Source: Flavobacteriales bacterium
GTDB lineage: Bacteria; Bacteroidota; Bacteroidia; Flavobacteriales_D; Crocinitomicaceae
DNA: 24,309 nt
NCBI GenBank assembly: GCA_947496835.1
Contig: CANMFV010000001.1
Coordinates: 1 to 24,309, forward strand
Reading direction: 5' to 3'
This document shows positions 16,493 through 24,309 of the stretch, piece by piece; position 1 is the stretch's first letter; the number at the start of each line of letters is the position of its first letter. The notes under the pieces were generated by a model. That model saw only the letters and a program-made list of their open reading frames with translations. It searched no databases and was not told the origin of the DNA. A program made the position numbers and the translations under genes.

Positions 16493-19400
16493 ATGAAAAT
16501 TGTTACAACTTTAAAGGGAGTACTCCGTCTTGGAATTTTCGCTCTCTCGTTATTTGTTTCGAATAGCATTTTCGCACAAACGACAATCATTAATCCCACA
16601 GGGGATGGTGGCTTCGATAATGGACCTTCATTTTTATCAAATGGCTGGACTGTGGTGAATGATGCAAATTCAGCTAATAACAATTGGTATGTTGGAAATG
16701 TACCCGGTGCATTTGCAGGATCTAATGCTGCATACATTTCAAACACCAGCGGAACTACTTGGGCATATTCTCCCACAACTGTTTCTACTACTCACTTTTA
16801 CCGAGACGTAACGGTTCCGTTAAATGAAAATGTTATCTCACTTAACTTTCAATGGAAAGGGAGCGGTGAATCTGGATGGGATAGATTATTAATCTATGCT
16901 GCTCCAGTTACTACAAATCCGTTTTCTGGTTTTCCAGCATCTAATGCGAGTGTATACCCTGGAGCAACTTTATTGTATACTCAGGCAAATAATGCGCAAG
17001 CAACGTATACGAATGCTGCAGTTACGATTCCTTCCTCTTTTGCAGGAACAACTTTCCGTTTAATTTTCACTTGGCAAAATGATGCTTCTTTTGGAACATC
17101 ACCAGGGGTGGCAATTGATAACGTTAGTTTAACTTCTGCAGCTCCGGCGCTATTTACGTCGTCAGCAATTGGTGGACAATGGTCTTCGCCTGCAACATGG
17201 GCTGGAGGAGTTGTACCAGCAGGGGGTAATTTAATTACGATTGCAGCAGGTTCTGTTGTCACAATTGATCAGGCTGTTGCATATGCTGAATTAAATGTGA
17301 ACGGAACTTTACAATGGGGTGCAACATCATTCCCGGTAACTATTGGTGGAAACATTACCATTAATTCAGGTGGAAAATATTTGGCGTATACTTCTGCCGT
17401 TGGCGGAGCAACTGGAACACCAACCGCGCTTGGTGGAAATTTCATTAACAATGGATATGCCAACTTTGCTGTTGGAACAACAACAGGCGCCTCTATAACG
17501 TTCAATGGAGCGGGGTCTATCTTAGGTGGGTCTGGAGTTTTTGAAGGAGATGGTACGAGAGGAATTATTCGTGGCATCGTTTTTTCTAATATTGGAGCAA
17601 ACTCGATCACAACAACGCAACCTTTGACTACCTTTAGCTTCGTTCATACCGCAGGTTCATTAAACACGAATGGAAAATTAAGAATTGACAACACGGCGTT
17701 AATTCATGGATTACCAATAAATACAAGAGTCGAAAGCGTACATATGACTAACATGGGAGCTAATTATAATGTTGCTCCTGTTGTTTTCGGAAGTGCTGTA
17801 ACACCTTATTCAAATGGTGCTGCCGCAACAATTGGCACAAGATACTTTAATGGAAACAATGTTTTTTTGTGTACGGCGAACGGAACATTTAATGCCAATC
17901 CACCCACTTCCACTGCTCCTACTGAATTTACAACGAGCGGTCCTTCATTAATTTGGATTGGAACATTAGGAACCATCGGAACAAATCTTCCTTACAATCA
18001 AGTACTCAGTACTGCAACGCCATATTTCTATGGAGCGAATTTATACCAAGCCTTAACTTCTACTGCTCAAACAGTGATGCCAACGCATACTTCAGGTGTT
18101 GCAGGTAATTTCCTTTATTTAGGATTGGCAGCGAAAGTTGCTGTGAATTATGATGCTGCAACACAAACAGTACGTAGCCTTTCAATCACCAACAACGGAA
18201 CAGGATATAATAGTTCAACTGCACCCAACCTTACCTTTAGTAATGGTGTTGGCGGAACAGGTACTGGAGCAGCAGCAGTTCCAGTTATTTTATACGTATT
18301 AAATGGCGGTGGCAACAGTGCTACTCAAAAATCTGGAATTGCAACTATCACAGGAGGATTGAATATTAATAGCGACTCTGGAGCAAGCTCGCTCAGCTCA
18401 GACCCTCAAGCCTCTGCTGGGGTAAGCTCTGTCTTCGCAACGAATGGTGGATTCAACTATACAGTTGTACCATTGGTTGGGTTTACGGGTCCAACAGCAT
18501 TAAACCTTGTTACGAATGTTGGTTCTGGTTACACAGCAGCTCCAACTGTTGTGGTTACCGGAGGAACATTGGTTTCTGGTGCGGCATTAACAACTGCTAA
18601 CTTTACGGTTACAGTCAATCAAGGAAAAGTAGTGTCCGTTTATTTGAACGCGAACACTTCAGTATATTCCATCCCACCAACACTTTCCTTATCTGCAGGA
18701 AATGCAACGCTTGCCTTTCCGGCTGGATGTTGGCCAACAGCGACTGCCAATATCGGTGCTAACAGACAATTATTAAGTTTTAACGTTACGAATAGTGGAT
18801 TTGGATACGTCGCTGCTCCTACTGTAGCGGTTGGAGCAACTTCAGGTTCAGCAGCTGGTGGAACATTTACTGCGCAAGCAACAGGTCTTTCCGCACGCTG
18901 TGGGTTGTACCTACTTGTGTTAAATTATTTTGCTCCAGCGACATCTGCTGTTGCGAATGCAGATGATGCAGCCATTCCTACAAACCGTAAATTAGTGCAA
19001 TTGCAACTTGCAGGTAACGGAAATGGATTAAACTTAAATTCTGACCTTATATTGTTTGGTTCTTTACCATTTACTTTGGCGGCTAGTGGAAATGTCCCTG
19101 GAAATGTCCTCGATTTAGGAGGCAATAACTTAATTTGTACATGGCAAGGGTATGCTGGTGCCTTCAGTACGTTCGGCGCAACCAACGCTTACTTTAAAAA
19201 TGGTGCGATGACTGTCTATGGAAGAGGTGGCGGAACAACAGGAAGCACCTATAATTTCCCATTCAGCGGAACGTTCTCTTGTAATACAGGAGCAGGAACA
19301 GCAATTACCGGAGGTTCTGACATCACTAGAGTGACCGTGAGAGAAACGGCAGCTCCAACCAATACTACGCAAGGGGGTACTGCAGCTGCAGTTGGAAATC

Positions 19401-22400
19401 GTGCATTCAGAGTTCAAACTCAATCCACGTTGAATCCAATAGGGACTTCAGGTACAAATCCAACGGTTACCTTACGTTATAATTCTCAAGACAACTTAAG
19501 CTCTACACAAGACCAGACTTTTGTGGCGGAGGGAACGACTTTGTCCGGACAATGGAACATAAAAAGTGCCGCTATTGGTGCTGGAGGAAATTTAGCAGCT
19601 ACTGGATTATTAGCTAGTGCAACAGTTGCTCCTGGACCAATTGCTTTAACGGGTGATGTATTTTACGCTTGGGCTGGTTTAGCACCAACAATTACGAGCG
19701 TTGCGCCTTTAATCGTTTGTGCAAGTTCAGGTAGTTTCACCATTACGGGAACAAACTTATTAGGAGTTTCTGCGGTAAATATAGGCGGAACACCAGTTTC
19801 TTCATTTACGGTGGTTTCTTCCACTCAGATTGATGCATTTGCTGGACCTGGTACAACAGGGGTGGTCTCTATTGTGAAAAATGGAACAACGTATGCTGGA
19901 ACTCAAACGATTTCAGTAACTCCATCACCGTCAGCGCCAAGTGCGACACCTGCAACGGCAACCGTTTCTTTCGGATCAACAACTACATTTATTGCGTCTT
20001 CGAGCACAGCGGGAACATACAATTGGTATTTATTTCCAAATGGAGGCACGACACTTTCAACAGGAGCATCGTTTATTACACCTCCAGCATGTTCGAACAC
20101 CACTTATTATGTTGGAGAAAGTAATGGATCATGTGAAGGGGCTCGTACGGCTGTCACAGTGAATACGACTCCAATTACAGCTTCATCTTCTATCACTAGT
20201 TTTTGTGGAACGGGCGGAAATACTACTTTAAGTGTATCTCCTGTTGACCCGAGTGTTACTTATACATGGACATCCAACACAGCGACCGCATTAATACCTA
20301 TAAATGTTGGTTCAACGGTTACGGCTACCTTATCTGAAACATCTGAAATTTATTTAACAAGCACCTTAAATGGATGTACTGCATCAAATGCGTTTTCGGT
20401 TGGCGTTTATCCTTTGCCAACGGCAACGGTGACAACTTCCGCTTCTGGTGTTTGTCCAGGAACTTCCGCAACGATTAATTCAGGTTTAAGTTCTAGTAAC
20501 TTCGCTGTTAGTACTATTCCATACGTACCTTATACGATTCCTGCGAATGCAACAACTATTTGCAGTAATGGTGTTCCTACTGTGCCTTTGTCAGGAGGAA
20601 ACTTAGATGATGGTGGATGGGGAAATATCCCAATTGGATTTACCTTTAATTTCTTCGGAACTAACTTTACTTCGTTAGCAGCTGGTACAAATGGACTTTT
20701 GATGTTCGGAGCTGTGCCAGGTTACGGTACTGCTGCTGGACAACTAGGTCAGTTTGCTTTTAACGGTGGACCAGTTTCAGGAGCATACCAGTATTTCCCG
20801 AATCCAGCGAATCCTGGAAATGTGATTTCCCTAATGGCCGGGGATCAATATTTTGGAGGTGGTACTGCTGGTTCAGCCTCAAGCGACCTTATTTACTGGA
20901 CGAGTGGTTTTGCACCAAACCGTGTATTCAACATCCTATACCAAGATGTGAATCGTTGTTGTGGCGCAGCGAATCCAACCTTTAGTGCATACGCTCGATT
21001 ATTCGAAACGATCGGAACTGTTGAAGTTCATATTTTAAATAATAACCAAAGCACCTTCGCTAACGTAGTAGGCTTACAAGATATCACAAAAACAATTGGC
21101 GCGGTTGCTCCAGGCAGACCAACACAAAATCAAGTGACGGGAGTTGCAACACCATGGGGTGTTTCAACACCAGAAGCATGGCGCTTTGTTCCGCCTTCCA
21201 ATTACACAACTGTTTGGACAGCTACAAACTCGGCAGCGACAACTACGATTGCAACTGGAACAAACATCTTCTCTCAAGCGGTTTCTCCATTAGAGACAAC
21301 AACGTATGACATTTCGTATACAAATCAAACAACAGGATGTACGAATGCGGTTGGTTCTGCAAATGTGCAAATGGTGATCTTTAGTAATGTTGCGCCAGTA
21401 GGTGTGAATACAATTGCGCCTCCGGGAGTTTGTACAGGAAGTAATTTCTCCTTAGCGACTGACTATACAGGTTCATTAAATGGTTTATCTTTTCAATGGC
21501 AAGTATCGTTAGACGGTGGTGTTACGTACAATGACATCGTTGGCGCGACTGCTACAACGTATAATACATTGATGAACGCTACGGGAACATATCGTTTACG
21601 CATGATTGCTTGTAATGGCACACCATCTTATTCAAGCGCGGCAACCGTTGTAAACAATGCGTTACCATCAATTAGTGTGACTCCTACTTCTGCTCCTTTC
21701 TGTCAACCAGGCGGAACAGCGGTAACGATGACAGCATCTGGAACGTCAACATCTTATGCTTGGTCTCCAGCAGCTGGATTAACAGCGACTACTGGTTCAA
21801 GTGTTGATGCGAGTCCAACTGCAACAACGACCTATACCGTGACAGGAACCGATGGAAATGGCTGTTCATCTTCAACAACTGCCGTAATAAATCTGGCTTC
21901 TTCCGTAACGATGAATAGCACTTTAGCGAGTCCTGCTGCAATTTGTATTAATCAAAATGCAACTTTAACAGCGTTGGCAACTGCGGCTGCGGGAACATAC
22001 TGTCAACCAGTAACCTCATGTACTTTCCCTGATATGATTACAAATGTATCATTTGGAACAATCAATAACACAACTTTATGTGACGGTGGAGCAACCGGTG
22101 GATTTACCTATTTCTCTTCGTTTAACCCAACGATTGCAGCTGGTTCAACACTTCCTCTTTCTGTTTCAACAGGTGGAGACATTGAAGGTGCTGCAGTTTG
22201 GATCGACTTCAACAAGAACGGAATATATGAGGCGAGTGAATTGGTATTGAATGGTCTTGCAGGAACAAATCCAGCAACATATACAGGAACTATTTTCATT
22301 CCACTTAGCGCAACCAATGGAACGACAAGAATGCGCGTAAGATGTGCATATAACGCCAATCCATCTGCGACGAACATAGGCCCATGCACAAACATTACCT

Positions 22401-24309
22401 TCGGCGAAACAGAGGATTATTTAATTACCATTACCGGCGGTGTTGACCCATTAACGTATACATGGACTCCAAATACGAATTTGAATAATACCATCGGTTC
22501 TTCGGTTATCGTGAGTAATGCCATAGCTACAACTACATACAACGTAGTTGCAACAAGTGCACAAGGATGTGCGGCAACTGGAACAGCAACATTAGTGGTA
22601 AATCCGCTTCCTCAAATTGGAGCTGGGAATGACGTTCTGATTTGTACGAATAGTGGATCTCAAGTCTTTACCCCATCAGGAACAGGTGCAGGTGTAGGAG
22701 GTTCTTATACTTGGAATAACGGTGCGATTAATGCGCAACCTTACACGGTAACTCAAACTGCTACCTTTATAGTAACAGGAGTGGATGCCAATTCATGTGT
22801 CAACTATGATACCTTGCAAGTAGTGTTTTCACCAGTTCCACCGGCAAATGCAGGAGTTGACCAACAAATTTGTATTGGTCAAACCGCAACCTTGCCTGCA
22901 ACAGGTTTAGCACCATTCACTTGGACTACGACAGCTTACCCTGGAAGTGGAATCTCTGCGCCAGTGGTGAATCCTCTATTGGAAGTGACACCAACGACAC
23001 CTGGAGTATATACGTATACAGTAGGAGTTATCAATGGAGTAGGTTGTACGAATGAAGATCAAGTTCAATTGACAGTCTGGGCACTCCCTAACATTAACGC
23101 AGGTGTTGATCAAACAATCTGTAATGCTTCACCATCGATTCTTGCTGGTTCTGGAGGATTAACATACACTTGGACAAACAGCGTCACAAACGCAACTCCG
23201 TTCTTCCCGTCTTCGACTGCAACTTACACAGTTGACGGTGTGGATATCAACGGATGTCACAATGTTGACCAAGTTGTTGTGACGGTATTGCCTCAGCCAA
23301 TCGTAAATGCGGGTATAGATCAATCTGTTTGTGCGACGACTCCAGTTATTTTAATGGCTCAAACAACAGCAAATACACCAACAGCGGTTACTGGTTTCCA
23401 ATGGAATAACAGCATTGTCAATGGTTCACAGTTTACACCGAATGCTACAGCTACGTACACAGTAACAGCAACAGGTGCAAATGGATGTACAAACCAAGAT
23501 CAAGTGGTTGTGACGGTATTGGCATTGCCAACAGTAAATGCTGGAAACGACATCTCCGTTTGTGCTGGATTAAGTGCAACGTTGAACGCAACAGGTGCAG
23601 CATCTTATTCTTGGAATAACGGTGTGACACAGGCAATACCTTTCTATCCGAACGCAACGACTACCTACACTGTAGTTGGAACAGGCGCTAACGGATGTAC
23701 AAACCAAGATCAAGTCGTTGTGAATGTTGGTACTGGACCAAATGTTAGTGTTTCAGGTAATCAAGTTGTTTGTTCGAATGCATCGGCAACGTTAAGCGCC
23801 GCTGCTATCAACAGCATGGGTGGTTACTGGACAACAACAAATGGCACCGGGACAATTTCTCCGAACATTTCGAATGGTACTGTAACTTATACTCCATCTT
23901 CAAATGATCCAGTTGTAGTTAATTTGACATACGTAGCTTCTAATGCTTGTGGAAACGCATCTCAGTCTACAACCGTAACTGTATTGCCAATCCCAACTGT
24001 GAACGCAGGTTTAGACCTTTCAGTATGTTCAGGTTTACCTGTAACATTGTCAGCAACAAGTAATGGATTCATTACATGGAACAACAACGTTTCAAACAAC
24101 GTAGCGTTTGTACCAGGTTCATCTGCAACGTACACAGTAACGGCAGTAGGAGCGAACAACTGTACAAACTCCGATCAAATGGTCTTGACAGTATTGGCTT
24201 TACCAGATGTAAATGCTGGTGCTGACCAAACAATCTGTTCAGGTTCAACTGCAACCTTGAATGGTTCAGGTGCAAATACATACTTATGGAACAATGGTGT
24301 TGTGAACAG
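16493..24309 (+). CDS. Giant secreted multidomain surface protein/adhesin (at least 2605 aa, 3' end truncated), probable T9SS cargo
   Basis: Manual translation is open in one frame from ATG 16493 to the window end, and the track lists no closed ORF in this frame. Signal peptide MKIVTTLKGVLRLGIFALSLFVSNSIFA/Q. Domains in order: MAM/cleaved-adhesin-like beta-sandwich (about 16577-17140); G8/beta-helix-like region starting GGQWSSPATWAGGVVP; TNxGxGY repeats; IPT/TIG (19682-19921); CHU_C-associated Ig-like (19922-20165); NIDO-like (about 20600-21195); GEVED (21998-22432: VWIDFNKNG, TRMRVR, GETEDY); tandem Ig-like repeats. The T9SS C-terminal signal is not in the window. Confidence 0.93.
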   Translation, partial: MKIVTTLKGVLRLGIFALSLFVSNSIFAQTTIINPTGDGGFDNGPSFLSNGWTVVNDANSANNNWYVGNVPGAFAGSNAAYISNTSGTTWAYSPTTVSTTHFYRDVTVPLNENVISLNFQWKGSGESGWDRLLIYAAPVTTNPFSGFPASNASVYPGATLLYTQANNAQATYTNAAVTIPSSFAGTTFRLIFTWQNDASFGTSPGVAIDNVSLTSAAPALFTSSAIGGQWSSPATWAGGVVPAGGNLITIAAGSVVTIDQAVAYAELNVNGTLQWGATSFPVTIGGNITINSGGKYLAYTSAVGGATGTPTALGGNFINNGYANFAVGTTTGASITFNGAGSILGGSGVFEGDGTRGIIRGIVFSNIGANSITTTQPLTTFSFVHTAGSLNTNGKLRIDNTALIHGLPINTRVESVHMTNMGANYNVAPVVFGSAVTPYSNGAAATIGTRYFNGNNVFLCTANGTFNANPPTSTAPTEFTTSGPSLIWIGTLGTIGTNLPYNQVLSTATPYFYGANLYQALTSTAQTVMPTHTSGVAGNFLYLGLAAKVAVNYDAATQTVRSLSITNNGTGYNSSTAPNLTFSNGVGGTGTGAAAVPVILYVLNGGGNSATQKSGIATITGGLNINSDSGASSLSSDPQASAGVSSVFATNGGFNYTVVPLVGFTGPTALNLVTNVGSGYTAAPTVVVTGGTLVSGAALTTANFTVTVNQGKVVSVYLNANTSVYSIPPTLSLSAGNATLAFPAGCWPTATANIGANRQLLSFNVTNSGFGYVAAPTVAVGATSGSAAGGTFTAQATGLSARCGLYLLVLNYFAPATSAVANADDAAIPTNRKLVQLQLAGNGNGLNLNSDLILFGSLPFTLAASGNVPGNVLDLGGNNLICTWQGYAGAFSTFGATNAYFKNGAMTVYGRGGGTTGSTYNFPFSGTFSCNTGAGTAITGGSDITRVTVRETAAPTNTTQGGTAAAVGNRAFRVQTQSTLNPIGTSGTNPTVTLRYNSQDNLSSTQDQTFVAEGTTLSGQWNIKSAAIGAGGNLAATGLLASATVAPGPIALTGDVFYAWAGLAPTITSVAPLIVCASSGSFTITGTNLLGVSAVNIGGTPVSSFTVVSSTQIDAFAGPGTTGVVSIVKNGTTYAGTQTISVTPSPSAPSATPATATVSFGSTTTFIASSSTAGTYNWYLFPNGGTTLSTGASFITPPACSNTTYYVGESNGSCEGARTAVTVNTTPITASSSITSFCGTGGNTTLSVSPVDPSVTYTWTSNTATALIPINVGSTVTATLSETSEIYLTSTLNGCTASNAFSVGVYPLPTATVTTSASGVCPGTSATINSGLSSSNFAVSTIPYVPYTIPANATTICSNGVPTVPLSGGNLDDGGWGNIPIGFTFNFFGTNFTSLAAGTNGLLMFGAVPGYGTAAGQLGQFAFNGGPVSGAYQYFPNPANPGNVISLMAGDQYFGGGTAGSASSDLIYWTSGFAPNRVFNILYQDVNRCCGAANPTFSAYARLFETIGTVEVHILNNNQSTFANVVGLQDITKTIGAVAPGRPTQNQVTGVATPWGVSTPEAWRFVPPSNYTTVWTATNSAATTTIATGTNIFSQAVSPLETTTYDISYTNQTTGCTNAVGSANVQMVIFSNVAPVGVNTIAPPGVCTGSNFSLATDYTGSLNGLSFQWQVSLDGGVTYNDIVGATATTYNTLMNATGTYRLRMIACNGTPSYSSAATVVNNALPSISVTPTSAPFCQPGGTAVTMTASGTSTSYAWSPAAGLTATTGSSVDASPTATTTYTVTGTDGNGCSSSTTAVINLASSVTMNSTLASPAAICINQNATLTALATAAAGTYCQPVTSCTFPDMITNVSFGTINNTTLCDGGATGGFTYFSSFNPTIAAGSTLPLSVSTGGDIEGAAVWIDFNKNGIYEASELVLNGLAGTNPATYTGTIFIPLSATNGTTRMRVRCAYNANPSATNIGPCTNITFGETEDYLITITGGVDPLTYTWTPNTNLNNTIGSSVIVSNAIATTTYNVVATSAQGCAATGTATLVVNPLPQIGAGNDVLICTNSGSQVFTPSGTGAGVGGSYTWNNGAINAQPYTVTQTATFIVTGVDANSCVNYDTLQVVFSPVPPANAGVDQQICIGQTATLPATGLAPFTWTTTAYPGSGISAPVVNPLLEVTPTTPGVYTYTVGVINGVGCTNEDQVQLTVWALPNINAGVDQTICNASPSILAGSGGLTYTWTNSVTNATPFFPSSTATYTVDGVDINGCHNVDQVVVTVLPQPIVNAGIDQSVCATTPVILMAQTTANTPTAVTGFQWNNSIVNGSQFTPNATATYTVTATGANGCTNQDQVVVTVLALPTVNAGNDISVCAGLSATLNATGAASYSWNNGVTQAIPFYPNATTTYTVVGTGANGCTNQDQVVVNVGTGPNVSVSGNQVVCSNASATLSAAAINSMGGYWTTTNGTGTISPNISNGTVTYTPSSNDPVVVNLTYVASNACGNASQSTTVTVLPIPTVNAGLDLSVCSGLPVTLSATSNGFITWNNNVSNNVAFVPGSSATYTVTAVGANNCTNSDQMVLTVLALPDVNAGADQTICSGSTATLNGSGANTYLWNNGVVN
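17729..18838 (+). repeat. Six degenerate V-x-S-x-x-x-T-N-x-G-x-G-Y-x-x-A-P-x-V peptide repeats inside the giant protein
   Basis: VESVHMTNMGANYNVAPVV (17729), VRSLSITNNGTGYNSSTAPNL (18170), VSSVFATNGGFNYTVVPLV (18422), LVTNVGSGYTAAPTVVV (18506), VVSVYLNANTSVYSIPPTL (18629, weakest), LLSFNVTNSGFGYVAAPTVAV (18770). Confidence 0.8.
22601..24309 (+). repeat. Tandem Ig/PKD-like repeats of 70-85 aa, each with two Cys (at least 8 units, the last truncated)
   Basis: Consensus LPxVNAGxDQxIC...TLxAxGAxxYxWNNxVxN...FxPxxTxTYTVxGxxxNGCxNxDQVxVTV; units start near 22601, 22829, 23078, 23288, 23519, 23729, 23984 and 24194; three units are exactly 210 nt. Confidence 0.9.

Noticed and set aside
17729-18900. 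Prophage or contractile injection system
   Set aside because: The phage-like motifs are in frame within a signal-peptide-bearing host gene; no integrase, capsid, sheath, tube or att sites are in the window.
16477-24281. About 15 short ORFs on the minus strand or alternative plus frames
   Set aside because: They are shadows of the giant plus-strand ORF, whose codon periodicity suppresses antisense stops; none has recognisable motifs.
22601-24309. Possible CRISPR-like repeat-spacer periodicity
   Set aside because: The period is 210 nt or more, in frame and degenerate at third codon positions: a protein repeat. No cas genes are present.
1-24309. Absence of Shine-Dalgarno sequences before start codons
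   Set aside because: Normal for Bacteroidota.

Overview
AT-rich Bacteroidota window, probably Flavobacteriales. The 70-aa Cys-pair repeats in the large surface protein suggest a Crocinitomicaceae/Fluviicola-like organism, but this is inference. Left part (1-8.1 kb, minus strand): an MFS sugar transporter, an NrtR-family Nudix/wHTH regulator and a susC-susD-PKD-PKD polysaccharide utilization locus that resembles beta-glucan/laminarin loci. Three copies of a TTATTGT-N7-ACAATAA palindrome are visible, one of them in front of a gene-less promoter-terminator mini-unit. Middle (8.2-16.4 kb): housekeeping genes (dxs, flippase-like protein, enoyl-CoA hydratase, orphan histidine kinase, GT4 glycosyltransferase, small membrane protein, SDR); at least two have leaderless-looking promoter geometry. 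Right part (16493 to the end, plus strand): one open reading frame of at least 2605 codons, missing from the ORF track because it has no stop in the window. It encodes a secreted modular surface protein with phage-structural-protein-like TNxGxGYxxAPTV repeats, CBM5/12-like modules, IPT/TIG, Ig-like, NIDO-like and GEVED domains, and tandem Ig-like repeats. No rRNA, tRNA, CRISPR array or mobile element is supported.
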